A program made the position numbers and the translations under genes. A stretch of DNA of 63,886 nucleotides, the filler included, from Octopus bimaculoides (lineage: Eukaryota): assembly GCF_001194135.2 (NCBI RefSeq). It is 6 parts of 4 records of this genome, joined end to end, with 100 filler letters (N's around TTAATTAATTAA, not from the genome) between each part and the next. Parts side by side here need not be neighbours in the genome. Positions count along the whole stretch, not along the records: positions 20,917 to 41,030 come from NC_068987.1; 5 more parts are not named here. One strand, written 5' to 3'. Positions 23,150-33,569 of this stretch are shown here, piece after piece (position 1 is the first letter of the stretch; each line of letters begins with the position of its first letter). The notes beneath the pieces are model-generated. The model worked only from the letters and a program-made list of their open reading frames with translations. It was not told the DNA's origin and searched no databases.

Positions 23150-23995
23150 AAAACATCACGAAAATTTATGAACTGACCTTGGTGGTCCGTCACCGAAGAA
23201 TTGACGAACATGTTGATATGACTGGGGTGTTCTGGAGCTCCTCCCAACGGATTTTGAGCGAGGAATTGCGAATGAAAAGAGTTGCAGCAAAATTTGTGCC
23301 TCGTTTGCTCACAGAAGATCAAAAGCAGTCACGACTGAATGCATGTCGTGAACGGAAAAAGCAGTTGGAAGTTGATCCGAACCCTTTTTTCAAAAGTCGT
23401 CACTGGTGACGAAAGGTGTTGCTATGGCTACGACCCGAAACGAAGCAGCAATCAAGTGAAAGGAAGCATTTAATGTTACCACGGCCCCCAAAAATGCGCC
23501 AAATGAAGTCCTATGTGAAGGCGATGCTGATTTGTTTCCTCGGTGCGAAAGGAATTGTCCACACGGTATTTGTTCCTCCTGGTCAAACTGTTAACCAGAC
23601 ATTTTACTTAGCAGTTCTGAAGCGTTTGCGAGACACGGTGAGACGAAAACGCCTCGACCTGTGGCAAAGTGGAGAGTAGTGGTTTCATCACAACAATGCA
23701 CCTTCACACACCGCCTTGAGTGTGAGACAGTTTTTGACCTAAAATGGCATGACCCCGTTTATCCACCCTCCCTCTTCTCCCGATCTTGCTTCCTGCAGCT
23801 TATTTTTGTTTACCCGAATGAAAAAAAGTCCTTAAAGGAAAACGTTTTGCAGATGTGGAAGAGGTGAAGAAAAAATGACGGACGCATTAAAAGGCATCAC
23901 TTTGCAAGAGTTCTAGGACTGCTTCCAACAGTGGAAAACGCATCTTGACCGATGCATTGCTTCAAATGGAGAATACTTTGAAGGTGATAAAAGTG
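23150..23995 (+). mobile_element. Mariner transposase relic (DD34D type), frameshifted
   Basis: Fragments KRVAAKFVPRLLTEDQK, VTGDE, FVPPGQTVNQTFY..LKRLRD, HNNAPSHTA, SPDLAS and DRCIASNGEYFEGD*. Confidence 0.9.
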
Positions 23996-24071
23996 TAAAC
24001 CTGTAAAACTAAGTAAATAAACAATGTTAAATCTCTAAACGAGGTATTAACAGTAACTGCACAATAAGGTG

Positions 24072-24355
24072 AAATATATTTGCCACTTAAATGTGGCTGA
24101 CCCCTAAGGGTGGATGTTACTGTTGCTTTTGCATCGAAGGTCGGCGATTGTCGTACGCTGAGGACGGGAAAATACCAAGAAACTCGAGTCCGTACGTATC
24201 GCAGATCAAGATGGGAAGGATGACTTCCCTTTGCAAATGCAGACAGGACACAGATGTGTGTCGATAGCCAGCTGGAGGAGATGTTCTCCTGGGGCTAAAA
24301 GCAACAGTAACATCCACCCTTAGGGGTCAGCCACATTTAAGTGGCAAATATACTT
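24072..24355 (+). mobile_element. Element D: hammerhead-bearing structured element with a 59 bp inverted copy of its 3' end
   Basis: 24072-24130 is the reverse complement of 24297-24355 (1 mismatch); the 3' region is homologous to the element A arm. Confidence 0.85.
24144..24202 (+). ncRNA. Type I hammerhead ribozyme motif with extended stem I, predicted GUC cleavage after 24190
   Basis: GCGAT-tgt-CGTACG-CTGAGGA-CGGG(aaaata)CCAA-GAAA-CTCGAG-TC/CGTACG-t-ATCGC: stem I CGTACG/CGTACG plus GCGAT/ATCGC, palindromic stem III ACTCGAGT; stem II has only 2 Watson-Crick pairs. Confidence 0.8.
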
Positions 24356-25499
24356 NNNNNNNNNNNNNNNNNNNNNNNNNNNNNNNNNNNNNNNNNNNNN
24401 NNNNNNNNNNNNNNNNNNNNNNNNNNNNNNNNNNNNNNNNNNNNNNNNNNNNNNNNNNNNNNNNNNNNNNNNNNNNNNNNNNNNNNNNNNNNNNNNNNNN
24501 NNNNNNNNNNNNNNNNNNNNNNNNNNNNNNNNNNNNNNNNNNNNNNNNNNNNNNNNNNNNNNNNNNNNNNNNNNNNNNNNNNNNNNNNNNNNNNNNNNNN
24601 NNNNNNNNNNNNNTATATATATACATACATACATACATACATACATACATACATACATACATGCATGCATACATACATACATACATACATACATACAAAG
24701 ACGCATGCAGATGTATATATACATATATGTATATGAGTGTACGTATGCATGTCAGAGTGCTTGCGCGCGTGCGTATGTGTGTATTTCAAATACATTTTTA
24801 GAAAAATGTGTTGATACAGTCATAATATTTTAAAAGGAATTTCTTAAATTAAAAGTTATTACTTATGTAATTATATTAGAAAATCATTTTAAGCGAAAAG
24901 CGGATTAAGACAGACCTGGCAGAAGGGAGGTTTTGAGCCAGCGCTTTTCACTGTTTACAGCTTTTCAAAAATACGTCTTGCTTGCAAAACTGAAAAGAGT
25001 GGAAGCGCTTACAGAAGACTTTCTGCCGTCTAGTTTGTGTTAATTTGTTTTTTAAAAAAAAGACTTTTTTGCGTAATAGATAATCGTTAAATTANNNNNN
25101 NNNNNNNNNNNNNNNNNNNNNNNNNNNNNNNNNNNNNNNNNNNNNNNNNNNNNNNNNNNNNNNNNNNNNNNNNNNNNNNNNNNNNNNNNNNNNTGTGGCC
25201 TGCTTGTTTGTTGCACCTTGTTTACCATTTTTGTCCTTGTTCTTTTGCCACGCCATGTACCCAGTTATGTATCTATATGTACATGTGGATGAACGTATAT
25301 ACATACATGTACATATATATGCATATACTCATATATTGTTTATATATATATATATATATATAGTTATGGTATATTCTGTTAAGAATGTAGTAGAGTACAG
25401 TAGAAAGCTCGTTCACCTTCAGATTTACCCTGTCCTATCCTGTAGTGGCATTATACGTACTTCCAGGTTTGCGTTTGAGCATCTATCGTGTATGAATAC

Positions 25500-25944
25500 A
25501 TAATTGAAAAAATTGGAGTCAACAAGAAGGGGTACGGTTGGACATTTATTTTTTAATCCCAACAATTGTTTCCACGTAACATAGTTCTCCAGGAGTTCAG
25601 GTACTTGATTATGCAATTATTTCCCTGCATTATGAGATCTAGATGTGTCTCCTCAAGCGATATGCAAATATTGAAATCCTCGGCTTCAAGAACATCCCCT
25701 CTGTTTGTCGAGGCCTGACAGACAGGCAGAGGAGATGTTCTTGAAGCCGAGGATTTCAAACTTACGAAGACAATATTTATATATCTCCTGAGGAAACACA
25801 ATTAGATCTCATAATGCAGGGAAACAGTTGCATAATAAAGTACCAACACTCCTGGAGAACTTCGTTCCGTGGAAACAATTGTAGGGATTAAAAAATAAAT
25901 GTCCAATCGTACTCTTTCTTATTGACTCCAATTTTTTCAATTAT
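25500..25944. repeat. Element E: 445 bp imperfect palindrome (~210 bp arms, ~11 bp spacer)
   Basis: ATAATTGAAAAAATTGGAGTCAA.. mirrored at ..TTGACTCCAATTTTTTCAATTAT; ~88% arm identity over the outer 160 bp by eye; ~13 bp indel. Confidence 0.9.
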
Positions 25945-25956
25945 TTTTTCAGTTAT

Positions 25957-26023
<67 letters not shown>

Positions 26024-26315
26024 TGCACAGATACGCATATATACAAATGTATGTATACTTATACAGATATATATACATATATATATTATAAGTAAATTTC
26101 TCAAATTGATTAACAAGAATATATAATCCTAGCGGGTACCGTGCTCGCTCTTATCGGTTAACAATGCAAACTAACCTCAGTGAATGTAGACGAAATCCAG
26201 TTGAATTTACTATACTCAATGAATCTTCTCTTTGATAAATCCAAATGTCTTTATAATGACTGCCTACTGTCAGTAGAGAAGAAATAATATATTAATAAAT
26301 ATCAGAACAGATATT

Positions 26316-26367
<52 letters not shown>

Positions 26368-26443
26368 AACATACATGTGTGTGTGTGTGTGTGTGTGTAT
26401 AAAACAAATACTGTATTAGCTTAACGCTTAAAAGGTGGGAAAA

Positions 26444-26481
26444 CCTTCAACATATCGGACGTTAGTCCTTCATCAGAAGAA
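26444..26481 (-). ncRNA. Decayed hammerhead motif (Penelope pLTR type)
   Basis: Minus strand CTGATGA-A-GGAC(taac)GTCC-GATATGTT-GAAGG: perfect stem II; GAAACGTT would be restored by two changes; stem I imperfect. Confidence 0.45.
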
Positions 26482-26975
26482 AGAGAAAAACATAGGGCGA
26501 CTCAGAATGAGAGTGATAAAAAAGATGGCAACAATATAGGAGTTCATCCTTGTTTGGAGATAGACATATGAGGAAGTGATGTAGTGGAGGTGGGATTAGG
26601 GTATATGTATGTGTGTAGAAGTGTGCAAATGCGAAAATATAATGGCATCTGTAATCATTTAGTATATTTTAGGAAAGCGTAAGCGTAGACGTTAGGAGGC
26701 GGAAGCGGGCACAAGTATGAGGTAAAGGAGAAGGCAAGAGAAAGGTAGCGGATATGATAGAAGTGTGTGCAAGGGTATGGGTGTGAGACGCTGTGACATG
26801 GAAGAATGATATATGAACAAAAGAAATGTAAGTAAAAGAAATATTAATTCAGGAAGAGAAGTCAGAGAAAAATTGATTACAAGGCAGTGCCCCAGCATGG
26901 CCGCAGTCTAATGTTTGAATCAAGTAAAACGTAAAAGGTAAAATATACAATACAAGACACTGGTAAAGAGAGAGG

Positions 26976-27021
<46 letters not shown>

Positions 27022-28020
27022 AGGGAGGTAAGTGATAAATCCATGGAAGTTACACAATGCTAGTAAAATGTCCGGAGATCATGAATCTGCCTCAAAGATG
27101 TCGGAACATATGTGGTTGAATAAAGTTATGTACAAATATCTAAATACTATTTTCGAATTTTACTTAAAAACGTTACAAGCTTTTGTTCCAACTCAATATA
27201 TTTTATTTGCCTTCATACATATTCACATGCATGTATATGTAAGTACATATATCTGCATGTGAGTGCATATGTGTGCATGCGTGTGTATGCATGCGCATGT
27301 TTAAATCGATGGTGTGCATATGTGAGTATGCGTGTGTGTGCATGTGTAAGTGTAAATCTAGGGCTTGCGTATGTTTTGAGGACAACATATATCCAAACAG
27401 CTTGCATATATGGGTTAAGAAGCTGCTTCATCTCTAAACATGTAAGGAATACCGTTTCGCTAATTTAACATAATTTTTATCTGCGCAAAGCAATAATATA
27501 AAAGTGAAGTAATTGATATCAACAATATAAGCTACATACATCAAATAATAACATAATGAAGATTTACATGACCATGCAAAAACAGAAAACCACTCTTCTG
27601 ACGAATAACGAACCTCTCAACGTAATTGAAAAAGAAATTTTCCAATAAAAAAAAAAGCACATTGAAAAATGTCTCACATAGAAATCACAAGCTGAACATT
27701 CCCACGAAAATGATTTCTGATATGATAATTGTTTCTGATTTGTGAACGAGTGCAACAATTTTGAGTGGAGATTAGTGGATGCCATCGACCTCTACTTTAT
27801 TTTGTCGATTCCAGGTGGGGGGCGGGATGGAAGTTGACCTCGGTGGGTTTTGAACTCGGAATGTAAAAGTCCAGGGGAAAAAATCTGCCCGTCTGAATAA
27901 CTATCTGAATTGCATACACCGGAATATTATTGTGCCGGACGACTATTCACAATACCAGTCATTATTTCCTATATCGGAGGCGACAAATTTTGTCTAGACG
28001 TGTGGCTGGCTGCTAGTACT

Positions 28021-28061
28021 TGTCATTGACAAGGCCTAATAAGGCTGAAATGCATCTGGGG
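28021..28061 (+). ncRNA. Decayed hammerhead motif
   Basis: TTGACAA-GGCCT(aata)AGGCT-GAAA-TGCA-TC/TGGGG; consistent with CTGACGA..GAAACGCGTC after C>T/G>A (mostly CpG) decay; stem III still palindromic (ATGCAT). Confidence 0.45.
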
Positions 28062-30108
28062 TTCTCGTTAGGCGCGGTCGAGACGATTTTCTGTTTCTTT
28101 CCGATATATATTGTATTTTTAAACAGGACATGTCCATAAGAGATTTTATTCTCGAAAACCCCAGTAACTTGCCAGTCAATGATGTATATACATTACATAT
28201 GATTCTTACATTGCTCTTTTATTTTAATACTGCTTTAATTGAATACACTGGATTATTTTATTGTATTTTTATATATAATTTTATCATCTTTATTTCCCTT
28301 TCAGCAGATCGACAATCCCGTGTCTCCATGTAGCTCTTCAGTTATCATCTATCTCCGTCCTACTTCTTACAAGGATCCCTTGACTGGATAGTACTAAGGC
28401 CATAACTAAGTATTGCAGGACATTTAGTCCAATGCTCTAGTGATTCCGTCAGAACACAAATTAGTGTTCAAATACAGAGCCGATTAATTTGGGACGGAAA
28501 GAATTAAGAATCCGGATGTATGAATAATGCATTTTAGTACTGAAGAGCTTTTTAGTCAAGAAATCTCCAGTCGCTGCTTCCTACCCCCATTAATAACAAA
28601 CACAACAAGCACAACAAAGCAACGACGTGCGTCTATTTGGTCGCTCGACCTACTAAAAATAACAGCTAAATGTTCCTTCTCCTCACATTATGTCTTTGAA
28701 AAAAAACAGAGAGAGAATAGGCGCAGGCGTAGCTGTGTAGTAAGAAGCTTGCTCCCGCTTCCGGTTGTGTCAGTGCTGTTCTTACACTGCAGAAGTCGCC
28801 ACGCTGGTGTACAACTGGCGAAATATTGATTGAAAAAGCTCAGCTGTAAGGTAAGACTTTTGTTTTTGGGGTCCAGTGAGAGTTTGTTGTTTGCTGTATT
28901 TTTTTTGTACAAACAAGAAATCCTCACTGGATTCTGGACTCTGGTCTGCCTATAGTTGGGCAAAATTGTTCACTTTTAAGTAAATTATTTTGGTGGGCGG
29001 ATCTTCTGCCGCCATAAACTGTGGAATTCTTTTTGCTGCTATGAAAAAAAAATTTTCTTCGTTGTGTATTTACCATTTAATGATAAATTTTGTTTGTTCC
29101 NNNNNNNNNNNNNNNNNNNNNNNNNNNNNNNNNNNNNNNNNNNNNNNNNNNNNNNNNNNNNNNNNNNNNNNNNNNNNNNNNNNNNNNNNNNNNNNNNNNN
29201 NNNNNNNNNNNNNNNNNNNNNNNNNNNNNNNNNNNNNNNNNNNNNNNNNNNNNNNNNNNNNNNNNNNNNNNNNNNNNNNNNNNNNNNNNNNNNNNNNNNN
29301 NNNNNNNNNNNNNNNNNNNNNNNNNNNNNNNNNNNNNNNNNNNNNNNNNNNNNNNNNNNNNNNNNNNNNNNNNNNNNNNNNNNNNNNNNNNNNNNNNNNN
29401 NNNNNNNNNNNNNNNNNNNNNNNNNNNNNNNNNNNNNNNNNNNNNNNNNNNNNNNNNNNNNNNNNNNNNNNNNNNNNNNNNNNNNNNNNNNNNNNNNNNN
29501 NNNNNNNNNNNNNNNNNNNNNNNNNNNNNNNNNNNNNNNNNNNNNNNNNNNNNNNNNNNNNNNNNNNNNNNNNNNNNNNNNNNNNNNNNNNNNNNNNNNN
29601 NNNNNNNNNNNNNNNNNNNNNNNNNNNNNNNNNNNNNNNNNNNNNNNNNNNNNNNNNNNNNNNNNNNNNNNNNNNNNNNNNNNNNNNNNNNNNNNNNNNN
29701 NNNNNNNNNNNNNNNNNNNNNNNNNNNNNNNNNNNNNNNNNNNNNNNNNNNNNNNNNNNNNNNNGATACTGAATTTGAAGAGGACTATGAGTAAGAGGTT
29801 GCAAAGCCTCGATATTGTGAACTGATAAGAGGTTTGAAACCTCATTCTGTTTTTAACCAAGGTACGAGGCGTAGTGCCTCATTTTTGTGTTTTAATGAAC
29901 AATTATGAACAATTGTAAGAGGTTTATTGCCTCTTGTATGATAAATAAGAGAACAATGTTTTCGGGAAACAACAATCGGCGGGCGTTGTCTGTTTCCCCT
30001 ATTAATCATCATTTTCACTTTTCATCTCATATAACATTATGTCTGTGTCCAGCCCGCAGCTTCCTTCTTTCGCTATGTAAAGCTATTATAGCCAATTTAA
30101 TGAAATAA

Positions 30109-30497
30109 AGAAGCTTGCTTCCCAACCACATGGTTCCGGGTTCAGTCCCACTGCGTGACACCTTGGGCAAGTGTCTTCTACTGTAGCCTCGGATCGACCA
30201 AAGCTTTGCGAGTGGATTCGATAGACAGAAACTCAAAGGAGCCCGTCGTATATGTATGTGTGTATGTGTGTGTATATATTTACGTGTATGTGTCTTTGTG
30301 TTTGCCCCTCCATCACTTGACAACAGATGTTGGCGTGTTTACGTCCCCGTAACTTAGCTTCCGACAAAAGAACCGATAGAATAAGTACGAGGCTTATAAA
30401 GAATAAGTCCTGGGGTCGATTTCTTCGAATGAAAGGTGGTACTCCAGCTTGGCCGCAGTCAAATGACTGAAACAAATAAAAGAATAAAAGAATAAAA
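30109..30497 (+). mobile_element. SINE-1, 5' end clipped
   Basis: AAGCTTGCTTCCCAACCACATGGTTCCGGGTTCAGTCCC.. through the (AAAAGAAT)n tail. Confidence 0.92.
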
Positions 30498-31363
30498 TAA
30501 TAGAATGTATATCAGACAATGCGTAGTTTTTGATTCTTTGATATATTGTTTAAATAAAATATAGGGTGGTCATAACTGGAACGCCTTCCTTTCTAGGTCT
30601 GCTCAATCACTGCCGGCCTGAAACTAAATGACTATAAATCAGTACACAACAATAATATTTATATACATAACATGAATTATGTTTAAATAAATATTGAAAT
30701 ACAAGCATATACACAGTAGCCTACTTATGGTCTAAACAGTGACAGCTGGCGGCGGGTATTGGACTAATAACCGAGATGTCGACACATTATATCCTGTAAC
30801 TCATCTATAGAGGATCTGTGTAGGTATCTATCATGTCACACACACACACACACACGTTTCGTTAGAGCTTTGGACAGAATGCTTGACAGTATTTGTTTGA
30901 GCTCTGTGTTCTGAATTCAAATCCCGCCATGGTCAACTTTGTCTTTCATCCTTTCTGCTAATAATATATCCAATGTCTGTGATTATAAAATGGCGTTTTA
31001 TTGGGTTTGTGGTGTAGCTAATANNNNNNNNNNNNNNNNNNNNNNNNNNNNNNNNNNNNNNNNNNNNNNNNNNNNNNNNNNNNNNNNNNNNNNNNNNNNN
31101 NNNNNNNNNNNNNNNNNNNNNNNNNNNNNNNNNNNNNNNNNNNNNNNNNNNNNNNNNNNNNNNNNNNNNNNNNNNNNNNNNNNNNNNNNNNNNNNNNNNN
31201 NNNNNNNNNNNNNNNNNNNNNNNNNNNNNNNNNNNNNNNNNNNNNNNNNNNNNNNNNNNNNNNNNNNNNNNNNNNNNNNNNNNNNNNNNNNNNNNNNNNN
31301 NNNNNNNNNNNNNNNNNNNNNNNNNNNNNNNNNNNNNNNNNNNNNNNNNNNNNNNNNNNNNNN

Positions 31364-31398
<35 letters not shown>

Positions 31399-32131
31399 GT
31401 TATGCTTTCATGCATTCGGGGAGATTTCGTTGCTATTGTTAGCAGGTCAACTAACTAAGTAGAGGTTCTCTCGTTCGCTCCTTCGAATAAAATGGTCGCT
31501 AATCAAAGTTATAAACGTTTTATAGTAAACAGGAAGCATGGGTTCAATGTCGGTAATATGACAGTGGTGAACTCTTGTTTCGTTCAGCAACCAAGAAATA
31601 GCATTTGTATGACACAAAGGCAAACTACCCGCGTGTTAGTCTTTACTAGTGACAAACTGGATGGTCGTGTGCTCAACCAATGTTTTCCATTATCGTTTAC
31701 GTTGTTGTTTAGCCCCATGTTAAACTTGATAGAGCAAGTCTATGATCAGATATATTCCAGCCATAACTACATCGTCTCTTAGGGAAACCAAGGATTAGAT
31801 CATTCAATTCAATCTTGTTTCAAATCCTTTGGGATGGGAGGTGGGGTGATGCGATACGGAAGCTACGCGATACTTTTTGTGAAGCAAAATAGTAATTCAT
31901 CAACTAAATCCTAAATATGCACATGCATACGTATGCGTGTGTGTGTATATATACACATGTATGTGAGCATGAGGTATATGTGTAAATATATATATATCGT
32001 GTGTATACACATACATACATACATAAATACACACACACACACACGCACACACACACACACACACATAAAATTAACAGAATGAGATAAAAATCCAAGGCTG
32101 TGAAAGATTTCAGAAGATTTATAAATAAAAG

Positions 32132-32180
32132 GTCTTACAGCTGTTTCCGGGATATTTTATATATCCCTATCATCGGAGAC
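32132..32180 (-). ncRNA. Hammerhead motif, U4C variant
   Basis: GTCT-CCGATGA-TA-GGGATAT(ataaa)ATATCCC-G-GAAA-CAGCTG-TA/AGAC: perfect 7 bp stem II, palindromic ACAGCTGT. Confidence 0.65.
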
Positions 32181-32265
32181 GGTGTGAGAAAATGATTAAG
32201 CAATAGTTATTCTAGATAAGATATGAAATAAAGAGTGATATTTTGCTTCACCATTTTCTCACACC

Positions 32266-32314
32266 GTCTCCGATGAAGGGATATATTAAAATTTCTCGGA
32301 AACAGCTGTAAGAC
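32266..32314 (+). ncRNA. Hammerhead motif, U4C variant, predicted GUA site after 32310
   Basis: GTCT-CCGATGA-A-GGGATAT(attaa)AATTTCTC-G-GAAA-CAGCTG-TA/AGAC. Confidence 0.65.
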
Positions 32315-32390
32315 CTATTTATAAATCTTCTAACATCTTTCACAGCCTTGGATTTTTATTTCATTCTGTTAATTTTTCTATATATACACA

Positions 32391-32512
32391 TGCTGATGTA
32401 TGACCTACGTAGGACTCCTCATTCGCATAATCACCGAACCTGAAGCTTAACCATAGTCTGTCCATAGCACTTACTCAGCATTACCTGACACCTTTGGGTC
32501 TTCTTGACACCA
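32391..32512 (-). repeat. Second copy of repeat X
   Basis: Reverse complement of 105-226, same position relative to the hammerhead element. Confidence 0.85.
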
Positions 32513-32530
32513 TTACATCTCATAACCTAT

Positions 32531-32562
<32 letters not shown>

Positions 32563-32888
32563 TATTTTTTTGTCTACGTTTTGTTTGCAATGTCCTGTAC
32601 CCAGATATGCACCTATATACACAGGTAGATGTAGGTATGCACATACTTGTACGTGTATATGCATATAGTCATTTATTATTTGTTTTATATATATANNNNN
32701 NNNNNNNNNNNNNNNNNNNNNNNNNNNNNNNNNNNNNNNNNNNNNNNNNNNNNNNNNNNNNNNNNNNNNNNNNNNNNNNNNNNNNNNNNNNNNNNNNNNN
32801 NNNNNNNNNNNNNNNNNNNNNNNNNNNNNNNNNNNNNNNNNNNNNNNNNNNNNNNNNNNNNNNNNNNNNNNNNNNNNNNNNNNNNNNN

Positions 32889-32945
<57 letters not shown>

Positions 32946-33132
32946 CAGGGGCGTGCTGTCTAGGTAGGCAAGGTAGGCAGTGCCTACCTTGGATAAAATA
33001 CCAACATTCCTACAACAAGTAATTCTGCCTACAACTCTGTCGCACGCCTGTGTTCCGCTTATTTTGTGTATGTTTTACTACATAAAGGTCACCAACTGCC
33101 TACCCTGAGTAATTACTGACGGCACGTGCCTG
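32946..33132. mobile_element. hAT-type MITE (187 bp)
   Basis: TIRs CAGGGGCGTGCTGTC / GACGGCACGTGCCTG (12/15); 8 bp flanks GTGTGTAT and GCATGTAT. Confidence 0.7.
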
Positions 33133-33261
33133 GCATGTATGTACTACCATGCATGTATATGTTTGCTTCAATGTATATATGCATGAATGTATGTGTATGC
33201 GTGTGTGTATACACATGTAAGCGTAAGTGTGTATCTACCTCTCTGAGCGTAGATAGATAAG

Positions 33262-33326
<65 letters not shown>

Positions 33327-33538
33327 TATTACATATGTATGTATGCATGTATGTATGTATGTATGTATGTATGCATGTAAGTTCTCTTTCTCCTTTTAAT
33401 TAAGCATAAATACTAACTGGCCATCTACTTGATAGCAAGATTGTGAAAGAAAGCATCTTGTTTTAGCCATCATCCTTTAAATCTTGTAGATTTTTGTAGT
33501 CCCAGTTATCGTAATCATTTGTAGCCTATGAATTATAT

Positions 33539-33569
<31 letters not shown>

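Larger units (their letters stand above)
32067..32376. mobile_element. Element B: 310 bp fold-back (~125 bp arms, 57 bp spacer) with an outward-facing hammerhead motif in each arm
   Basis: 32067-32194 is the reverse complement of 32252-32376; same family as 240-515. Confidence 0.88.
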
